Under the pieces are notes generated by a model, which saw only the letters and a program-made list of their open reading frames with translations, did no database searches and was not told the origin of the DNA. Below, in pieces: positions 8,238 to 17,888 of a stretch of 64,000 nucleotides of DNA. Each line of letters starts with the position of its first letter. The first letter of the stretch is position 1. The DNA is taken from NCBI GenBank assembly GCA_943350175.1, contig CALQZX010000002.1, positions 66,061 through 130,060 on the forward strand, in the 5' to 3' direction. This DNA comes from Parcubacteria group bacterium. Its GTDB lineage: Bacteria; Patescibacteriota; Microgenomatia; UBA1400; PJMF01. The position numbers were made by a program, and so were the translations under genes.

Positions 8238-9137
8238 GTGAGAAAAACTTCTCTTATTCTATTGTTACTTTTGTTGATTTCATTTTCTGGCTCTGTTTAC
8301 TTGTGGTTTTTTTATCCACAAAAAACGCAGCAAGAATTTGAAGTCAATCTTTTCCCCATGGAAAATATTCCAGTTTTCAAGAATAGCGCTTTGGCGTATG
8401 AAGATCTAAATCTGAGCAGTGTGGCAGCTTATGCCATCGATCTCTCTTCAATGACAGTGCTTTATGAAAAAGATAGCCAAAAATCTCTTTATCCAGCTTC
8501 AACCAGCAAAATGATGACGGCCTTAGTGGCCCTAGATACGTTTAAATTAGATCAAGAATTGCGTGTTGCTAAAGAAGCCACTGTCTCTGGCAATAAATTA
8601 AATTTGAAAGAAGGCCAATTAATCACAGTTAAGGATTTGCTGGCAGCAATGTTAATTTTTTCAGCCAATGATAGCGCTTACGTTTTGGCAAATAATAATC
8701 AGGGTGGTTTTGCTGCATTTATGCAAAAAATGAATGATAAAGCCACAAGTCTTGGTTTGACTCAAACTCATTTCGTCAATCCAGCTGGACTCGATGAAGA
8801 AGGTCAGCAAAGTACGGCCAGAGATTTAACTATTATTGCTTCGGAATTGCTAAAGAATGATCAAGTTAAGCAATTAGTGGCAATGCCTTATAAAAAAATA
8901 GAAGGTCAAGGCTGGGCTTATGATTTATATAACAGCAATCAATTGTTGGGTCAGATTCAGGGAGTGGTTGGAGTCAAAACTGGTACCACAGAGTTAGCAG
9001 GAGAGGTTTTGGTGACCCTAGTTGAACGAGATGGACATCAAATTCTACTGACTTTGATGAACAGTAAAGATCGCTATCTTGATACTAGTAAGCTAATTGC
9101 TTGGATACTTAATAATTACGAGTGGAAAAACCTCTAG
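8238..9137 (+). CDS. D-alanyl-D-alanine carboxypeptidase (peptidase S11)
   Basis: PASTSK (SxxK), SAN (SxN), KTG motifs; N-terminal TM. Confidence 0.9.
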   Translation: MRKTSLILLLLLLISFSGSVYLWFFYPQKTQQEFEVNLFPMENIPVFKNSALAYEDLNLSSVAAYAIDLSSMTVLYEKDSQKSLYPASTSKMMTALVALDTFKLDQELRVAKEATVSGNKLNLKEGQLITVKDLLAAMLIFSANDSAYVLANNNQGGFAAFMQKMNDKATSLGLTQTHFVNPAGLDEEGQQSTARDLTIIASELLKNDQVKQLVAMPYKKIEGQGWAYDLYNSNQLLGQIQGVVGVKTGTTELAGEVLVTLVERDGHQILLTLMNSKDRYLDTSKLIAWILNNYEWKNL

Positions 9138-9178
9138 CTAAACAGTTAGAATGTATAAGATTAATACAGAATAAATTT

Positions 9179-10264
9179 ATGCCAACCACATCTTCCAGCA
9201 GCGCTGGTCCAAATTTAACAGGCGCCAATTATGTTGGCCGTTTATTTGTTAGATATGGCTTGGCATTTTTGATTTTCTTGATGGTTGGTCGAGTTTTATT
9301 TAATGCTCTAGTAGCCTATTGGCAAGCCACTCATCCAGCCCCTCCACCAGCTCCAACAGTTGGTTTTGGAATTTTACCAAATTTGAATTTTCCTTCTCAA
9401 GACGAAACTGATAAGCCTGCTTCTTATAGCTTGGAAATGGCTTATGGCATAGAGGAAATAACTGATAGATCAAAAGTTTTTTTGATTACCAAATCTACCG
9501 CCAATTTATTAGCTGATGAAAGGATAAAAGAAATAGCCTCTATTTATGGCTTCATTTTTACTCCAGAGAATATTGCTGATAAAACCTATCGTTTCACCAA
9601 AAACACTCCTCTTGATATGAGTTTAGAGATTAGCTCAGTTGATTTTACTTTTTCCATGAAGAGTAATTTTCTATCTAGGCCAGATTTACTGGCCGACAAA
9701 GCTCTTTTGCCAGAAGAATTTGAGGCAATTGATAGTGTGAAGGAATTTGTTTCCTCATCTAATCTTTTAGGTGCAGACATTGCTTCCGCTTCTGGACAAG
9801 TGACTTTCCTTAGATCTATTGGTGGAGAATTGAGAACAGCTTTTTCCTTATCTGAGGCTGATTTTTTGCAAATTGATTTAAATCGCAGTCCAATTGATCT
9901 GGTATACAAAGTTTACACATCCGAGTGGAACAAAGGCATTATCTCAGCCAAGTTGAGCTCTGCATTTTCATCAAATAATTCCATTGTTGAGATGGATTAC
10001 TATTATCGTCAAGTCGATTATCTGAATTTCGAAACCTATCCACTGCGTACTGCTAAATCGGCTTGGAATCTAGTTCAAGCAGGAGATGCTTATGTGATTA
10101 ATGGTAAAAACTTGAAAGAAGCGGTGATTAGAGAAGTGGAATTGGCTTATTACGATAGTTTTGACGAGCAAAAATATTTGCAGCCGATCTATGTTTTTAA
10201 AGGTGACGCTAATTTTATGGCTATCGTGCCGGCAGTTAGTGCAAATTACTTGAGTAGAAATTAA
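9179..10264 (+). CDS. Hypothetical membrane-anchored protein
   Basis: Long ORF with one TM and PAPPPAPTVGFG linker; ATG 9179 preferred over overlapping GTG 9122. Confidence 0.8.
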   Translation: MPTTSSSSAGPNLTGANYVGRLFVRYGLAFLIFLMVGRVLFNALVAYWQATHPAPPPAPTVGFGILPNLNFPSQDETDKPASYSLEMAYGIEEITDRSKVFLITKSTANLLADERIKEIASIYGFIFTPENIADKTYRFTKNTPLDMSLEISSVDFTFSMKSNFLSRPDLLADKALLPEEFEAIDSVKEFVSSSNLLGADIASASGQVTFLRSIGGELRTAFSLSEADFLQIDLNRSPIDLVYKVYTSEWNKGIISAKLSSAFSSNNSIVEMDYYYRQVDYLNFETYPLRTAKSAWNLVQAGDAYVINGKNLKEAVIREVELAYYDSFDEQKYLQPIYVFKGDANFMAIVPAVSANYLSRN

Positions 10265-10295
10265 AGATTTTAATTGAGGTGATAAAATACCAACT

Positions 10296-11732
10296 ATGAA
10301 TAATATTCGTACCAGAATGGCCCCTAGTCCTACCGGAGAAATGCACGTCGGCAGTCTAGCCACACTTCTCAAAAATTATGCCTTTGCCAAGAAAAATGGT
10401 GGGCAATTTATTTTGCGTATCGAAGATACGGATAAAGAAAGAGAAGTTGAAGGTGGAGTGCAAGCAATTCAAGAAATTGTGCGTCGTTATGGCTTAGATT
10501 GGGATGAAGGTCCAGGCAAAGGTGGCGAATATGGTCCATATATTCAATCAGAGCGTTTAGATATCTATAAAAGAGAAGTGCAGACTTTAATCGATAACGA
10601 CAAGGCATATTATTGTTTTTGTTCCAAAGAACGTTTGGCAGAAGTCAAAGAACAGCAAATGGCTAGTAAACAGCCTCCTCATTATGACCGTCATTGTAGA
10701 AATATCTCTGTAGATGAAGCCAAAAAAAGAGTGGCTGCTGGTGAAGATTATGTGATTCGTCTTAAGGTTCCAGCAGATCAGGAAATTACTTTCACCGATT
10801 TACTTAGAGGTGAAATCACTTTTCATTCCAATTTAATTGATGATCAAGTTTTACTAAAATCTGATGGCTATCCAACCTATCATTTGGCAGTAGTCATTGA
10901 TGATTATTTGATGAAAATTACTCACATTATGCGTGGAGAAGAATGGATTAGTTCCACTCCCAAGCACGTTTTGCTTTATCAGGCTTTTGGTTGGCCAGTG
11001 CCAGTATTTGCCCATATTCCAGTCTTTTTGAACCCTGATGGTAAAGGCAAAATGAGCAAGAGAAAAGGCATGGTTTCGGCCGCTTCTTTCTTGGATAGAG
11101 GTTATTTGCCAGAAGCGATGTTGAACTTTTTTATGATTCTTGGGTGGGCTAAAAAAGATCAGGAAGAAGTCATTAGTTTAGAAGAATATATTAACGAATT
11201 TGATCCAAGTGATTTGAGTAGCAATAGTGTCGCTTTTGATATCAAGAAACTTGATTGGCTCAATGGTGTCTATATTCGCAAACTAAGCCCAGAGCAATTA
11301 AAAGAAAAAATAACTCCATTTATTGCCGCTGATTTTCCAGCTGACAAAATAGAGCAAGTTCTGCCTTTGATTCAAGAAAGATTGGTGACTTTGGCAGATT
11401 TTAATTTATTGACCAAATTTTTCTACGGTGAAATTAATTACGAGACCGATTTGCTGTTGAAGAAAGCTGATTCAAAAGAAATAGTAATTCAAGAATTAAA
11501 CGAAACAATTACTTTACTTGAATCTTTGAGTGATTGGTCTTTAACTTCTTTGGAAGAAGCAATTAGAGGACTTCAAGAGAAAAAAGATTGGCACAGAGGT
11601 CAATTTTTTATGATGCTGCGCATTGCTGTCACCGGAGAAAAAGCTACTCCTCCTCTTTTTGAAACGATTATGGTTTTAGGCAAAGATTTGGTGCTGGCAC
11701 GTTTGAAGACAGCGCTTGATAAATTAGCCTAA
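10296..11732 (+). CDS. gltX: Glutamate--tRNA ligase
   Basis: RMAPSPTGEMHVGS, LRIEDTD, RGEEW, KMSKR. Confidence 0.97.
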   Translation: MNNIRTRMAPSPTGEMHVGSLATLLKNYAFAKKNGGQFILRIEDTDKEREVEGGVQAIQEIVRRYGLDWDEGPGKGGEYGPYIQSERLDIYKREVQTLIDNDKAYYCFCSKERLAEVKEQQMASKQPPHYDRHCRNISVDEAKKRVAAGEDYVIRLKVPADQEITFTDLLRGEITFHSNLIDDQVLLKSDGYPTYHLAVVIDDYLMKITHIMRGEEWISSTPKHVLLYQAFGWPVPVFAHIPVFLNPDGKGKMSKRKGMVSAASFLDRGYLPEAMLNFFMILGWAKKDQEEVISLEEYINEFDPSDLSSNSVAFDIKKLDWLNGVYIRKLSPEQLKEKITPFIAADFPADKIEQVLPLIQERLVTLADFNLLTKFFYGEINYETDLLLKKADSKEIVIQELNETITLLESLSDWSLTSLEEAIRGLQEKKDWHRGQFFMMLRIAVTGEKATPPLFETIMVLGKDLVLARLKTALDKLA

Positions 11733-11753
11733 AACAAAGTTGATGGTAAAAAT

Positions 11754-12572
11754 ATGACTGCCCAAAGTAAATCACAACAAATCCTAGCTTCATTGGCGAT
11801 GGCCGGACAAGTGGCTATGACCAGTCCTTTGCTTTCTAGCAATCAAAATCACCAGCAGGTTTTGGATGAAAAAACTCGCCAAGTGGCTCTAGATATTTCA
11901 GAGCAAGAACATCAGGAAATTGTCGCTAAACTTAGTTCTTACGTTAATTCTCCAGCAGGGCACTTGGAAAGAGAGACTGAGCTTTATCTGGAACAGCAGC
12001 TTTCAGAGATTCTTGGTTTTAAAGTCAGAGCAGAGTTGGACGGTCAAAAACTCAATCATAGTGTTGGTATTATGGGAGCTGAGCAACACTTGCTTCGTTT
12101 TCCTGGTGATGAGCTAAAAGATCATGATGCCTACACTGAAGCCGGCATAGCTCCAAATAGAGGCGCTTTTGGTTGGTTTACTCAGAATGGAGAGCTGACT
12201 GAAAAATCAATTCTCAGAGAAAAATATTATTTTGCTGTTCAATTGATGTATTTACCGCAGTGGAGTGAAAATCACCCAGAACTTAAACCTTGGTATAAAT
12301 ATCGCAAAATGATTGTCATTAATCCAGCTGAGCAAATGGCCGTAGTCGGGGTGGTAGCTGATGCTGGTCCAAGCATGTGGGTTAAAAAGCAATTTGGCGG
12401 TTCTCCAGAGGTGATTCGCGAAGGTAGAATTTGGAGCCCTAACAGTAAAGGTAAGGTAATGATTTTATTTATTGATGATGAAGAAGATATTGTGCCACTT
12501 GGTCCAATTTCTCTAGATTTTAAAGCTGTCTTAGCTCACAATGAGAGCAATAATTCTCAAGCAAATATATGA
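11754..12572 (+). CDS. Hypothetical protein, possible RlpA-like double-psi beta-barrel C-terminus
   Basis: KMIVINP...AVVGVVADAGP resembles the RlpA V-x-I-N-D-R-G-P signature. Confidence 0.7.
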   Translation: MTAQSKSQQILASLAMAGQVAMTSPLLSSNQNHQQVLDEKTRQVALDISEQEHQEIVAKLSSYVNSPAGHLERETELYLEQQLSEILGFKVRAELDGQKLNHSVGIMGAEQHLLRFPGDELKDHDAYTEAGIAPNRGAFGWFTQNGELTEKSILREKYYFAVQLMYLPQWSENHPELKPWYKYRKMIVINPAEQMAVVGVVADAGPSMWVKKQFGGSPEVIREGRIWSPNSKGKVMILFIDDEEDIVPLGPISLDFKAVLAHNESNNSQANI

Positions 12573-12964
12573 TCAAAACAAATCTCTTTATTGGTTCTCG
12601 TTATCCTGTTGATCGTCACAAAATCAAAGCAACTGTAGAGAGAGTTCTGAGTGAGCATGGCACAGACAATGCTCAGGTAGATGTATCGATCGTTGGCATT
12701 AGAAAAATCACCACGCTTAATGAAAAATATCTCAAACATGAAGGCCCAACCGACGTTCTCTCCTTTCCCCAACACAATAAAGGACAACTGCAGGACATTC
12801 CTCTCCCAGAGGGAGAGCTCATACACTTGGGAGACGTGATCATTAGTTTTCCAGAGGCAGTCAAAATGGCCAAAAGATTTGGCAAGATGGTCGATGCACA
12901 GATTTGCTTTTATCTAGAACACGCTCTACTTCATTTACTTGGTTATCATCACGACGATCATTAG
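12569..12964 (+). CDS. ybeY: rRNA maturation RNase YbeY
   Basis: PTDVLSFP, LGDVIIS, HALLHLLGYHH. Confidence 0.95.
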   Translation: MIKTNLFIGSRYPVDRHKIKATVERVLSEHGTDNAQVDVSIVGIRKITTLNEKYLKHEGPTDVLSFPQHNKGQLQDIPLPEGELIHLGDVIISFPEAVKMAKRFGKMVDAQICFYLEHALLHLLGYHHDDH

Positions 12965-13020
12965 ATTTTTGAGTGTAATTTTCTTCAGCATGGGACTTTT
13001 ATCTGTGTTAAACTTTAGCC

Positions 13021-14586
13021 ATGGCTTGGTATCGTCTTTATCGTCCAAAAAAAGTTCAAGATTTAAATATTAGCTCTGTTAGAGAATCTCTGCAGCGCAT
13101 GATGGCTGATGGCAAAATTCCGCAGTCGCTCCTCTTTGCTGGTCCAAAAGGAACAGGCAAGACCTCAGCCTCCCGTATTTTGGGCGCCATGCTCAATGAT
13201 CCAGCTAATGCTGCTCTGGTTGATTATCTTTTTTTCAAAAAAACTGCTCCCAAGAAAATAGCTTTTGCAGAGCCAGATGAAACTAGCGATTTTGCCAGAA
13301 GAGTTTATGAAGGCCATTCCTTTGTAGTTCAAGAATTAGATGCCGCTTCCAATCGTCGTATTGATGACATTCGTTTGCTCAAAGAGAGGATTAATCTGCC
13401 TCCTTCTGAAGGTAAAATGATGGTTTATATCTTGGATGAGGTTCACATGCTGACCAATGAAGCTTTTAATGCTTTGTTGAAAATTCTTGAAGAACCACCA
13501 GCCCACGTTGTTTTTATCTTGGCCACCACAGAACTGCACAAATTGCCGGCTACTATCGTTTCTCGCTGTAGCGTAATTAATTTTAGAAAAGCTAATACTT
13601 TGGAACTTAAGCAGTCTTTGGAGCGAGTACTCTTGGCAGAAAAAATTAAATTTGCAGATGGCGATCTGGAAAAAATAGCGGCCAGAGCAGATGGTAGTTT
13701 CCGTGATGGAGTGAAGATTTTGGAAATGGCTTGCAAAGACGGCAAACTTGATTTGGAAGTAATTAAAGATCTTTTGGCTAGCGATAGCGAAGTTTACATT
13801 AAAAATTTGCTGGAATTTGTAATTAAAAAAGATGATCAAGCTCTAGTTAAGGTTTTTGAAGAGCTAAGAAACAATAATTACAATCAAAAAGATTTTTATA
13901 AAGATTTCTTCGAATTTTTACACAAAGATTTGTTAATCAATCTCTCAGTGATTGAAGGAGAGGCTGCTTATTCTCTCAAAATTGATCAATTTTTCCTCAA
14001 AGAAATTTTATCTGTAGATCTGAATCAAGAAACCCCAATTCCTTTCCTTGTTTTAGAATTGAAACTTTTGGAAATTATTGAGAGATCAAAAAAGCCTAAA
14101 GACCCTGCTCAGTCAAAAGAAGATGACTCAGATAGCAAAAAAAAAATTCAAAAAACTGAAGTAAAAATTGAATTAAAAACTGAGGAGGTTGGACCAGCAA
14201 AAAAAGTTGAAACTGTAGAGCCAGCTCAAGTAATAAAAAAAATGGAACCTGTTATTTTAGATTCTCAAATAGATACTAAAACTTTGTGGCAAAACTTAAT
14301 TAAGAATTTTGCTGCAGACAACTTTTCTCTTCTTACTCTCCTTAAATCTTGTAAATTAGATAGTTTAAGCGATGGCATTGCCAGAGTTTTTGTTTATTAT
14401 TCCTTTCATAAGGAGCAGCTAGAACAAAATAAAAATAGAGATTTGCTTGGCAAGGCAGCCATGGAGCTTTTAGGAATAAACTTGAGGTTTGATTTTGTTT
14501 TGCAAAGCGAACAAGTTCTTGCTGGAACGAATAACGAGACACAAGACTCAGAGCTAATGCTTGCAGCGAAAGATTCTTTGTTATAA
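13021..14586 (+). CDS. dnaX: DNA polymerase III subunit gamma/tau
   Basis: YRP, GPKGTGKTS, ELDAASN, ILDEVHML, FNALLKILEEPP, SRC. Confidence 0.96.
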   Translation: MAWYRLYRPKKVQDLNISSVRESLQRMMADGKIPQSLLFAGPKGTGKTSASRILGAMLNDPANAALVDYLFFKKTAPKKIAFAEPDETSDFARRVYEGHSFVVQELDAASNRRIDDIRLLKERINLPPSEGKMMVYILDEVHMLTNEAFNALLKILEEPPAHVVFILATTELHKLPATIVSRCSVINFRKANTLELKQSLERVLLAEKIKFADGDLEKIAARADGSFRDGVKILEMACKDGKLDLEVIKDLLASDSEVYIKNLLEFVIKKDDQALVKVFEELRNNNYNQKDFYKDFFEFLHKDLLINLSVIEGEAAYSLKIDQFFLKEILSVDLNQETPIPFLVLELKLLEIIERSKKPKDPAQSKEDDSDSKKKIQKTEVKIELKTEEVGPAKKVETVEPAQVIKKMEPVILDSQIDTKTLWQNLIKNFAADNFSLLTLLKSCKLDSLSDGIARVFVYYSFHKEQLEQNKNRDLLGKAAMELLGINLRFDFVLQSEQVLAGTNNETQDSELMLAAKDSLL

Positions 14587-14592
14587 TTGTCT

Positions 14593-14751
14593 AACCCTTA
14601 TATCTTTAACAGGCCACGTTCGACGGAAATTATTAGCTTTTTTAAGTTAACGATCTTCTTCTCACTCAAAGAAGTCGCTGTTAAGATATGTTATATTATG
14701 GTTCAGATCTCAGTCAGCTTCTTCTATGGGCTGCTAAAGATATAAGAGTTA
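14593..14751 (+). ncRNA. Candidate 6S-like rod-shaped RNA
   Basis: TGnTATAAT at 14579-14587; approx. 24-bp closing stem 14592-14615/14728-14751, internal bubbles, apical hairpin 14647-14684. Confidence 0.5.
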
Positions 14752-14807
14752 TTATTTATTAATAGAAAATAAAGAAAGGAGCGAATACTCGTATTCGCGA
14801 CAAAAGT

Positions 14808-15089
14808 ATGGCAGGAGGTTTCATGAATCAGCTTGGTGATCTAAATAAATTGCGCAAGCAAGCTAAACAGATGCAGCAAGATCTAGCAGCAGAAGAAATT
14901 ATTGTTGAGCGTGGTGATATCGTAGTCAAGATTACTGGAGGTCAAGAAGTCAAAGACATTTCTGTCCAAGGTATTCACAGCGATGAATTAGTCAAAGCTC
15001 TTAACGAAGCAATTAAGAAGTCTCAAGAAGTCGCTGCTAAGAAATTGCAGAGTATGACTGGCGGACTTGGCTCTTTGCTTGGTAAATAA
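14808..15089 (+). CDS. ybaB: YbaB/EbfC nucleoid-associated protein
   Basis: KQAKQMQQDL...V-K-I-T-G...ALNEA pattern; downstream of dnaX. Confidence 0.9.
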   Translation: MAGGFMNQLGDLNKLRKQAKQMQQDLAAEEIIVERGDIVVKITGGQEVKDISVQGIHSDELVKALNEAIKKSQEVAAKKLQSMTGGLGSLLGK

Positions 15090-15097
15090 AATTGCTG

Positions 15098-15709
15098 ATG
15101 AATGTTTTTATTGCCAGTTCCAATGAAGGTAAGATTAAGGAAATTAAGGCAATTCTTGCCGATACTTCTCTTAATTTATCGAGTGTTTTGGATCGTGGAG
15201 ATTTAAAAGACTTCGATGTTGAAGAAACTGGTAAAACTTTTCAAGATAATGCACTTCTGAAAGCTAAGGCTTACGCGCAGTTGCTAAAAATGCCAACTAT
15301 TGCTGATGATTCTGGCTTGGAAGTGCAGTCTTTAGACGGCTTTCCATCTGTAAATTCCAACCGTTGGTTTAAGGGAACTGCCAGTGAGCGTAATTTGGCC
15401 TTGTTAGATTTATTGAAGAATGAGGGAAATCGTCAGGCAAGATTTTATAGTGTGATTTGTTTTTATGATCCAAATACTAAAGTCGCTAAGTTTTTTGAGG
15501 GTGAAATTAAAGGGAAAATACCTCTGGAGCAAAGGGGGAGCAAAATCGAAGGTTTTGGTTACGATCCAATTTTTATTCCAGAGGGTTTTGAAAAAAGTTT
15601 TGCAGAACTAGGAACTGAATTTAAAAACACCATTTCACATCGAAGAAAAGCTTTACTTAAGCTAAGTCAATATGTTCTTCAAGGTAAACGTCTTGGACAG
15701 CCTGAATAA
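15098..15709 (+). CDS. rdgB: Non-canonical purine NTP pyrophosphatase (RdgB/HAM1)
   Basis: ASSNEGK, EETGKTFQDNALLKA, ADDSGL, GFGYDPIF, ISHR. Confidence 0.95.
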   Translation: MNVFIASSNEGKIKEIKAILADTSLNLSSVLDRGDLKDFDVEETGKTFQDNALLKAKAYAQLLKMPTIADDSGLEVQSLDGFPSVNSNRWFKGTASERNLALLDLLKNEGNRQARFYSVICFYDPNTKVAKFFEGEIKGKIPLEQRGSKIEGFGYDPIFIPEGFEKSFAELGTEFKNTISHRRKALLKLSQYVLQGKRLGQPE

Positions 15710-16727
15710 TTTTGACGCCCTCTTCCATTGGCCTCTTAAAAGCTTTGCGGCCCATGATTAAGCCTGCTCCGCCAGCTCTTTTATTAATGACCGCGGTTTT
15801 AACAGCGGCTTGAAGATCTTTCTGATAACTGCCATCTTCACTGCTTTCACCACCAGAATTAATTAGGCTGATTTTGCCAGCGTAACAGTTCATGACTTGT
15901 AGACGGACCATGTCGATTGGGTTTTCTGTGCTCAGGGCTTCATACATTTCTTTACTTTGTTTGCCGAACTTGAATTTAAGGAAAGCGCCGTCATTTTCTG
16001 GCATTTTTTGCTTGATGATGTCGGCTTCGATTGTCACTCCCAGGCGGTTGGCATATGAGGTGATGTCAGCAGCACTTTCATAGTTTTCATCTTTATCTTG
16101 TAGAGCCTGATTTCGTGGATAACACCATAAAATAGTGGCGAGTCCCAATTGGTGGGCTTCATAGAAGGCTTTGGAGATTTCTACTATTTGGCGATTGGAC
16201 TCCTTTGAGCCGAAATATATAGTCGCGCCAATCGCCACAGCTCCCATCTCGTAAGCTTGGCGAACTTGAGCGAATAGAATCTGATCCCATTTATTTGGAT
16301 ATGTCAGAAGTTCATTGTGATTAATTTTAACAATGAAAGGAATTCTGTCGGCATATTTTTTACTAACCAAGCCAAGAGCTCCTAATGTGGAAGCAACTCC
16401 ATTGCAGTCAGCTTCCATAGCTAACTTGACGACATTTTCTGGGTCGAAATAAATGGGGTTTTTATAAAAAGAATAAGAAGCATTGTGCTCGATATCCTGA
16501 TCAACCGGTAGAATGGATAGGTAGCCAGTGTTGCCCAGTCGGCCATGACCGTAGAGTCTTTCTAAGTTTTGAATAACTTTTTCACTACGATCAGAATTGG
16601 CAAAAACATGCTGAACATGATCGCTCTTTGGAAATTCAATTAATTCTTTTGGCAGCAATTGACATTGATGAGCCAAAAGATATTGAGCTTCACTACCGAG
16701 TAATTCAACTATGTCTTGGTAAATCAT
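15657..16727 (-). CDS. fbaB: Class I fructose-bisphosphate aldolase
   Basis: GYLSILPVDQ, KINHNELLTYP, ADIIKQK, NKRAGG. Confidence 0.95.
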   Translation of the reverse strand: MIYQDIVELLGSEAQYLLAHQCQLLPKELIEFPKSDHVQHVFANSDRSEKVIQNLERLYGHGRLGNTGYLSILPVDQDIEHNASYSFYKNPIYFDPENVVKLAMEADCNGVASTLGALGLVSKKYADRIPFIVKINHNELLTYPNKWDQILFAQVRQAYEMGAVAIGATIYFGSKESNRQIVEISKAFYEAHQLGLATILWCYPRNQALQDKDENYESAADITSYANRLGVTIEADIIKQKMPENDGAFLKFKFGKQSKEMYEALSTENPIDMVRLQVMNCYAGKISLINSGGESSEDGSYQKDLQAAVKTAVINKRAGGAGLIMGRKAFKRPMEEGVKIIQAVQDVYLEEHIDLA

Positions 16728-16729
16728 TT

Positions 16730-17332
16730 TTATTTGGTTTTACTTTTAATTTTGGTTTCTACTTTCTTGATTTCAGATTTAACTTCTTTAACTTTGGCTT
16801 TAACTTCCTCTACCTTAGCTTTAACTTTTTCAACTTTGGCAATAATGGTGCCAGCTAAGCCATATTCTGGTTTTACTTCATAAAGAATGTAAAGACTCAC
16901 GGCTAAACTAAATAATAAGCCAAAGAGACCATCTTTGAAAAAGAAAACGCTGACTAAGTTCATAATCAATCCCAATAAGCTTAAACAAAGCAAACCAAAC
17001 CAACCTTGAAGCTCACGGTTTTTAAGTGGCTTGTAGATAGAGACTGAAACAATACCTGAGACTATTTGCAAAAGACCAGTTAGATAAAAGTAAACTGGTG
17101 GGATACCTTTCCAGAAATTAAAGATTCTGTAGTAGTCGTTGGCGCCGAAAATACTACGCAAACCTCCAGTGATTAAGAACAAGCCAGAAACAAGAGTTAA
17201 GTAAGGAGCAATTTTAGCCAAAACTTCAGTAGCCTTTTTAGGCAAATGGGGAACATTTTGGAAGACTTTTTCGAGTTCTTTATCGATACTTTTTATTGTT
17301 GGGTGTGAGAACAAAGCGGTAATATTTTGCAT
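16730..17332 (-). CDS. Hypothetical membrane protein with Lys-rich repeat tail
   Basis: 4 TM segments, then AKVEKVK-AKVEEVK-AKVKEVK. Confidence 0.8.
   Translation of the reverse strand: MQNITALFSHPTIKSIDKELEKVFQNVPHLPKKATEVLAKIAPYLTLVSGLFLITGGLRSIFGANDYYRIFNFWKGIPPVYFYLTGLLQIVSGIVSVSIYKPLKNRELQGWFGLLCLSLLGLIMNLVSVFFFKDGLFGLLFSLAVSLYILYEVKPEYGLAGTIIAKVEKVKAKVEEVKAKVKEVKSEIKKVETKIKSKTK
16778..16840 (-). repeat. Three imperfect 21-bp tandem repeats (coding)
   Basis: TTTAACTTCTTTAACTTTGGC / TTTAACTTCCTCTACCTTAGC / TTTAACTTTTTCAACTTTGGC. Confidence 0.8.
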
Positions 17333-17338
17333 AAAATT

Positions 17339-17376
17339 ATCTTAGCATAGTTGGACTTGCGGTGAAATGCTAAGAT
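17339..17376. promoter_or_regulatory. Back-to-back extended -10 promoters forming a 10-bp inverted repeat
   Basis: ATCTTAGCAT-N18-ATGCTAAGAT; TGCTAAGAT puts the -10 at -12..-7 of both ATGs (17332, 17383). Confidence 0.7.
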
Positions 17377-17382
17377 TGAGTC

Positions 17383-17880
17383 ATGCCAAAAGATAACAAA
17401 AAGGAACTATTTTATTTAGTGGATGATAACGACGATGTTATTGGTTCTGTAGAGAGATTTATTGCTCATCGCAGCAAAACACTCAAGCATCGCAGTATTT
17501 TTATTTTACTATTTAATGATCTTGGAGAGTTGCTTCTACAGAAAAGAAGTCAGTTTAAAGATAGCTTCCCAGGGTTTTGGACAGTTTCAGTTAGTGGACA
17601 TGTGACCTTTGGTCAAACTTATGATGAGGCGGCCAAGAGGGAAATGGAGGAAGAAATCGGCCTAAGTTTTAATCTAGCGCCGCTGCAAAAAATCTATATT
17701 GAGGAAGAAAGAGAATTTGCTTTTATTTATCGAGCTAATTGTGAGGGTAAGATCAAAATTAACTTTGATCAAAGTGAAATATCAGAAGTAAAATGGGTGG
17801 CCTTGAAGGAATTACCCGATTTTATCAAGGAAAATGATTTGACGCCTTCGGCACTTAAAGTATTAAAAACTGCGTTATAA
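17383..17880 (+). CDS. NUDIX hydrolase (YfcD/IDI-like)
   Basis: LLLQKRS...KD.FPG.W...SGHV..GQTY.EAAKREMEEEIG. Confidence 0.88.
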   Translation: MPKDNKKELFYLVDDNDDVIGSVERFIAHRSKTLKHRSIFILLFNDLGELLLQKRSQFKDSFPGFWTVSVSGHVTFGQTYDEAAKREMEEEIGLSFNLAPLQKIYIEEEREFAFIYRANCEGKIKINFDQSEISEVKWVALKELPDFIKENDLTPSALKVLKTAL

Positions 17881-17888
17881 TTACAGAA

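Noticed and set aside
14590-14760. SRP RNA (ffs often lies near dnaX)
   Set aside because: No CAGG...GGAA...GCAG domain IV motif on either strand.
15657-15709. 53-bp convergent overlap of rdgB and fbaB
   Set aside because: Explained by a short C-terminal extension after stop loss; common in compact genomes.
17383-17880. NUDIX protein as IPP isomerase feeding the prenyltransferase
   Set aside because: Lacks the catalytic Cys of type 1 IDI (SVSGH instead of CCSH/GH) and is 30 kb away.
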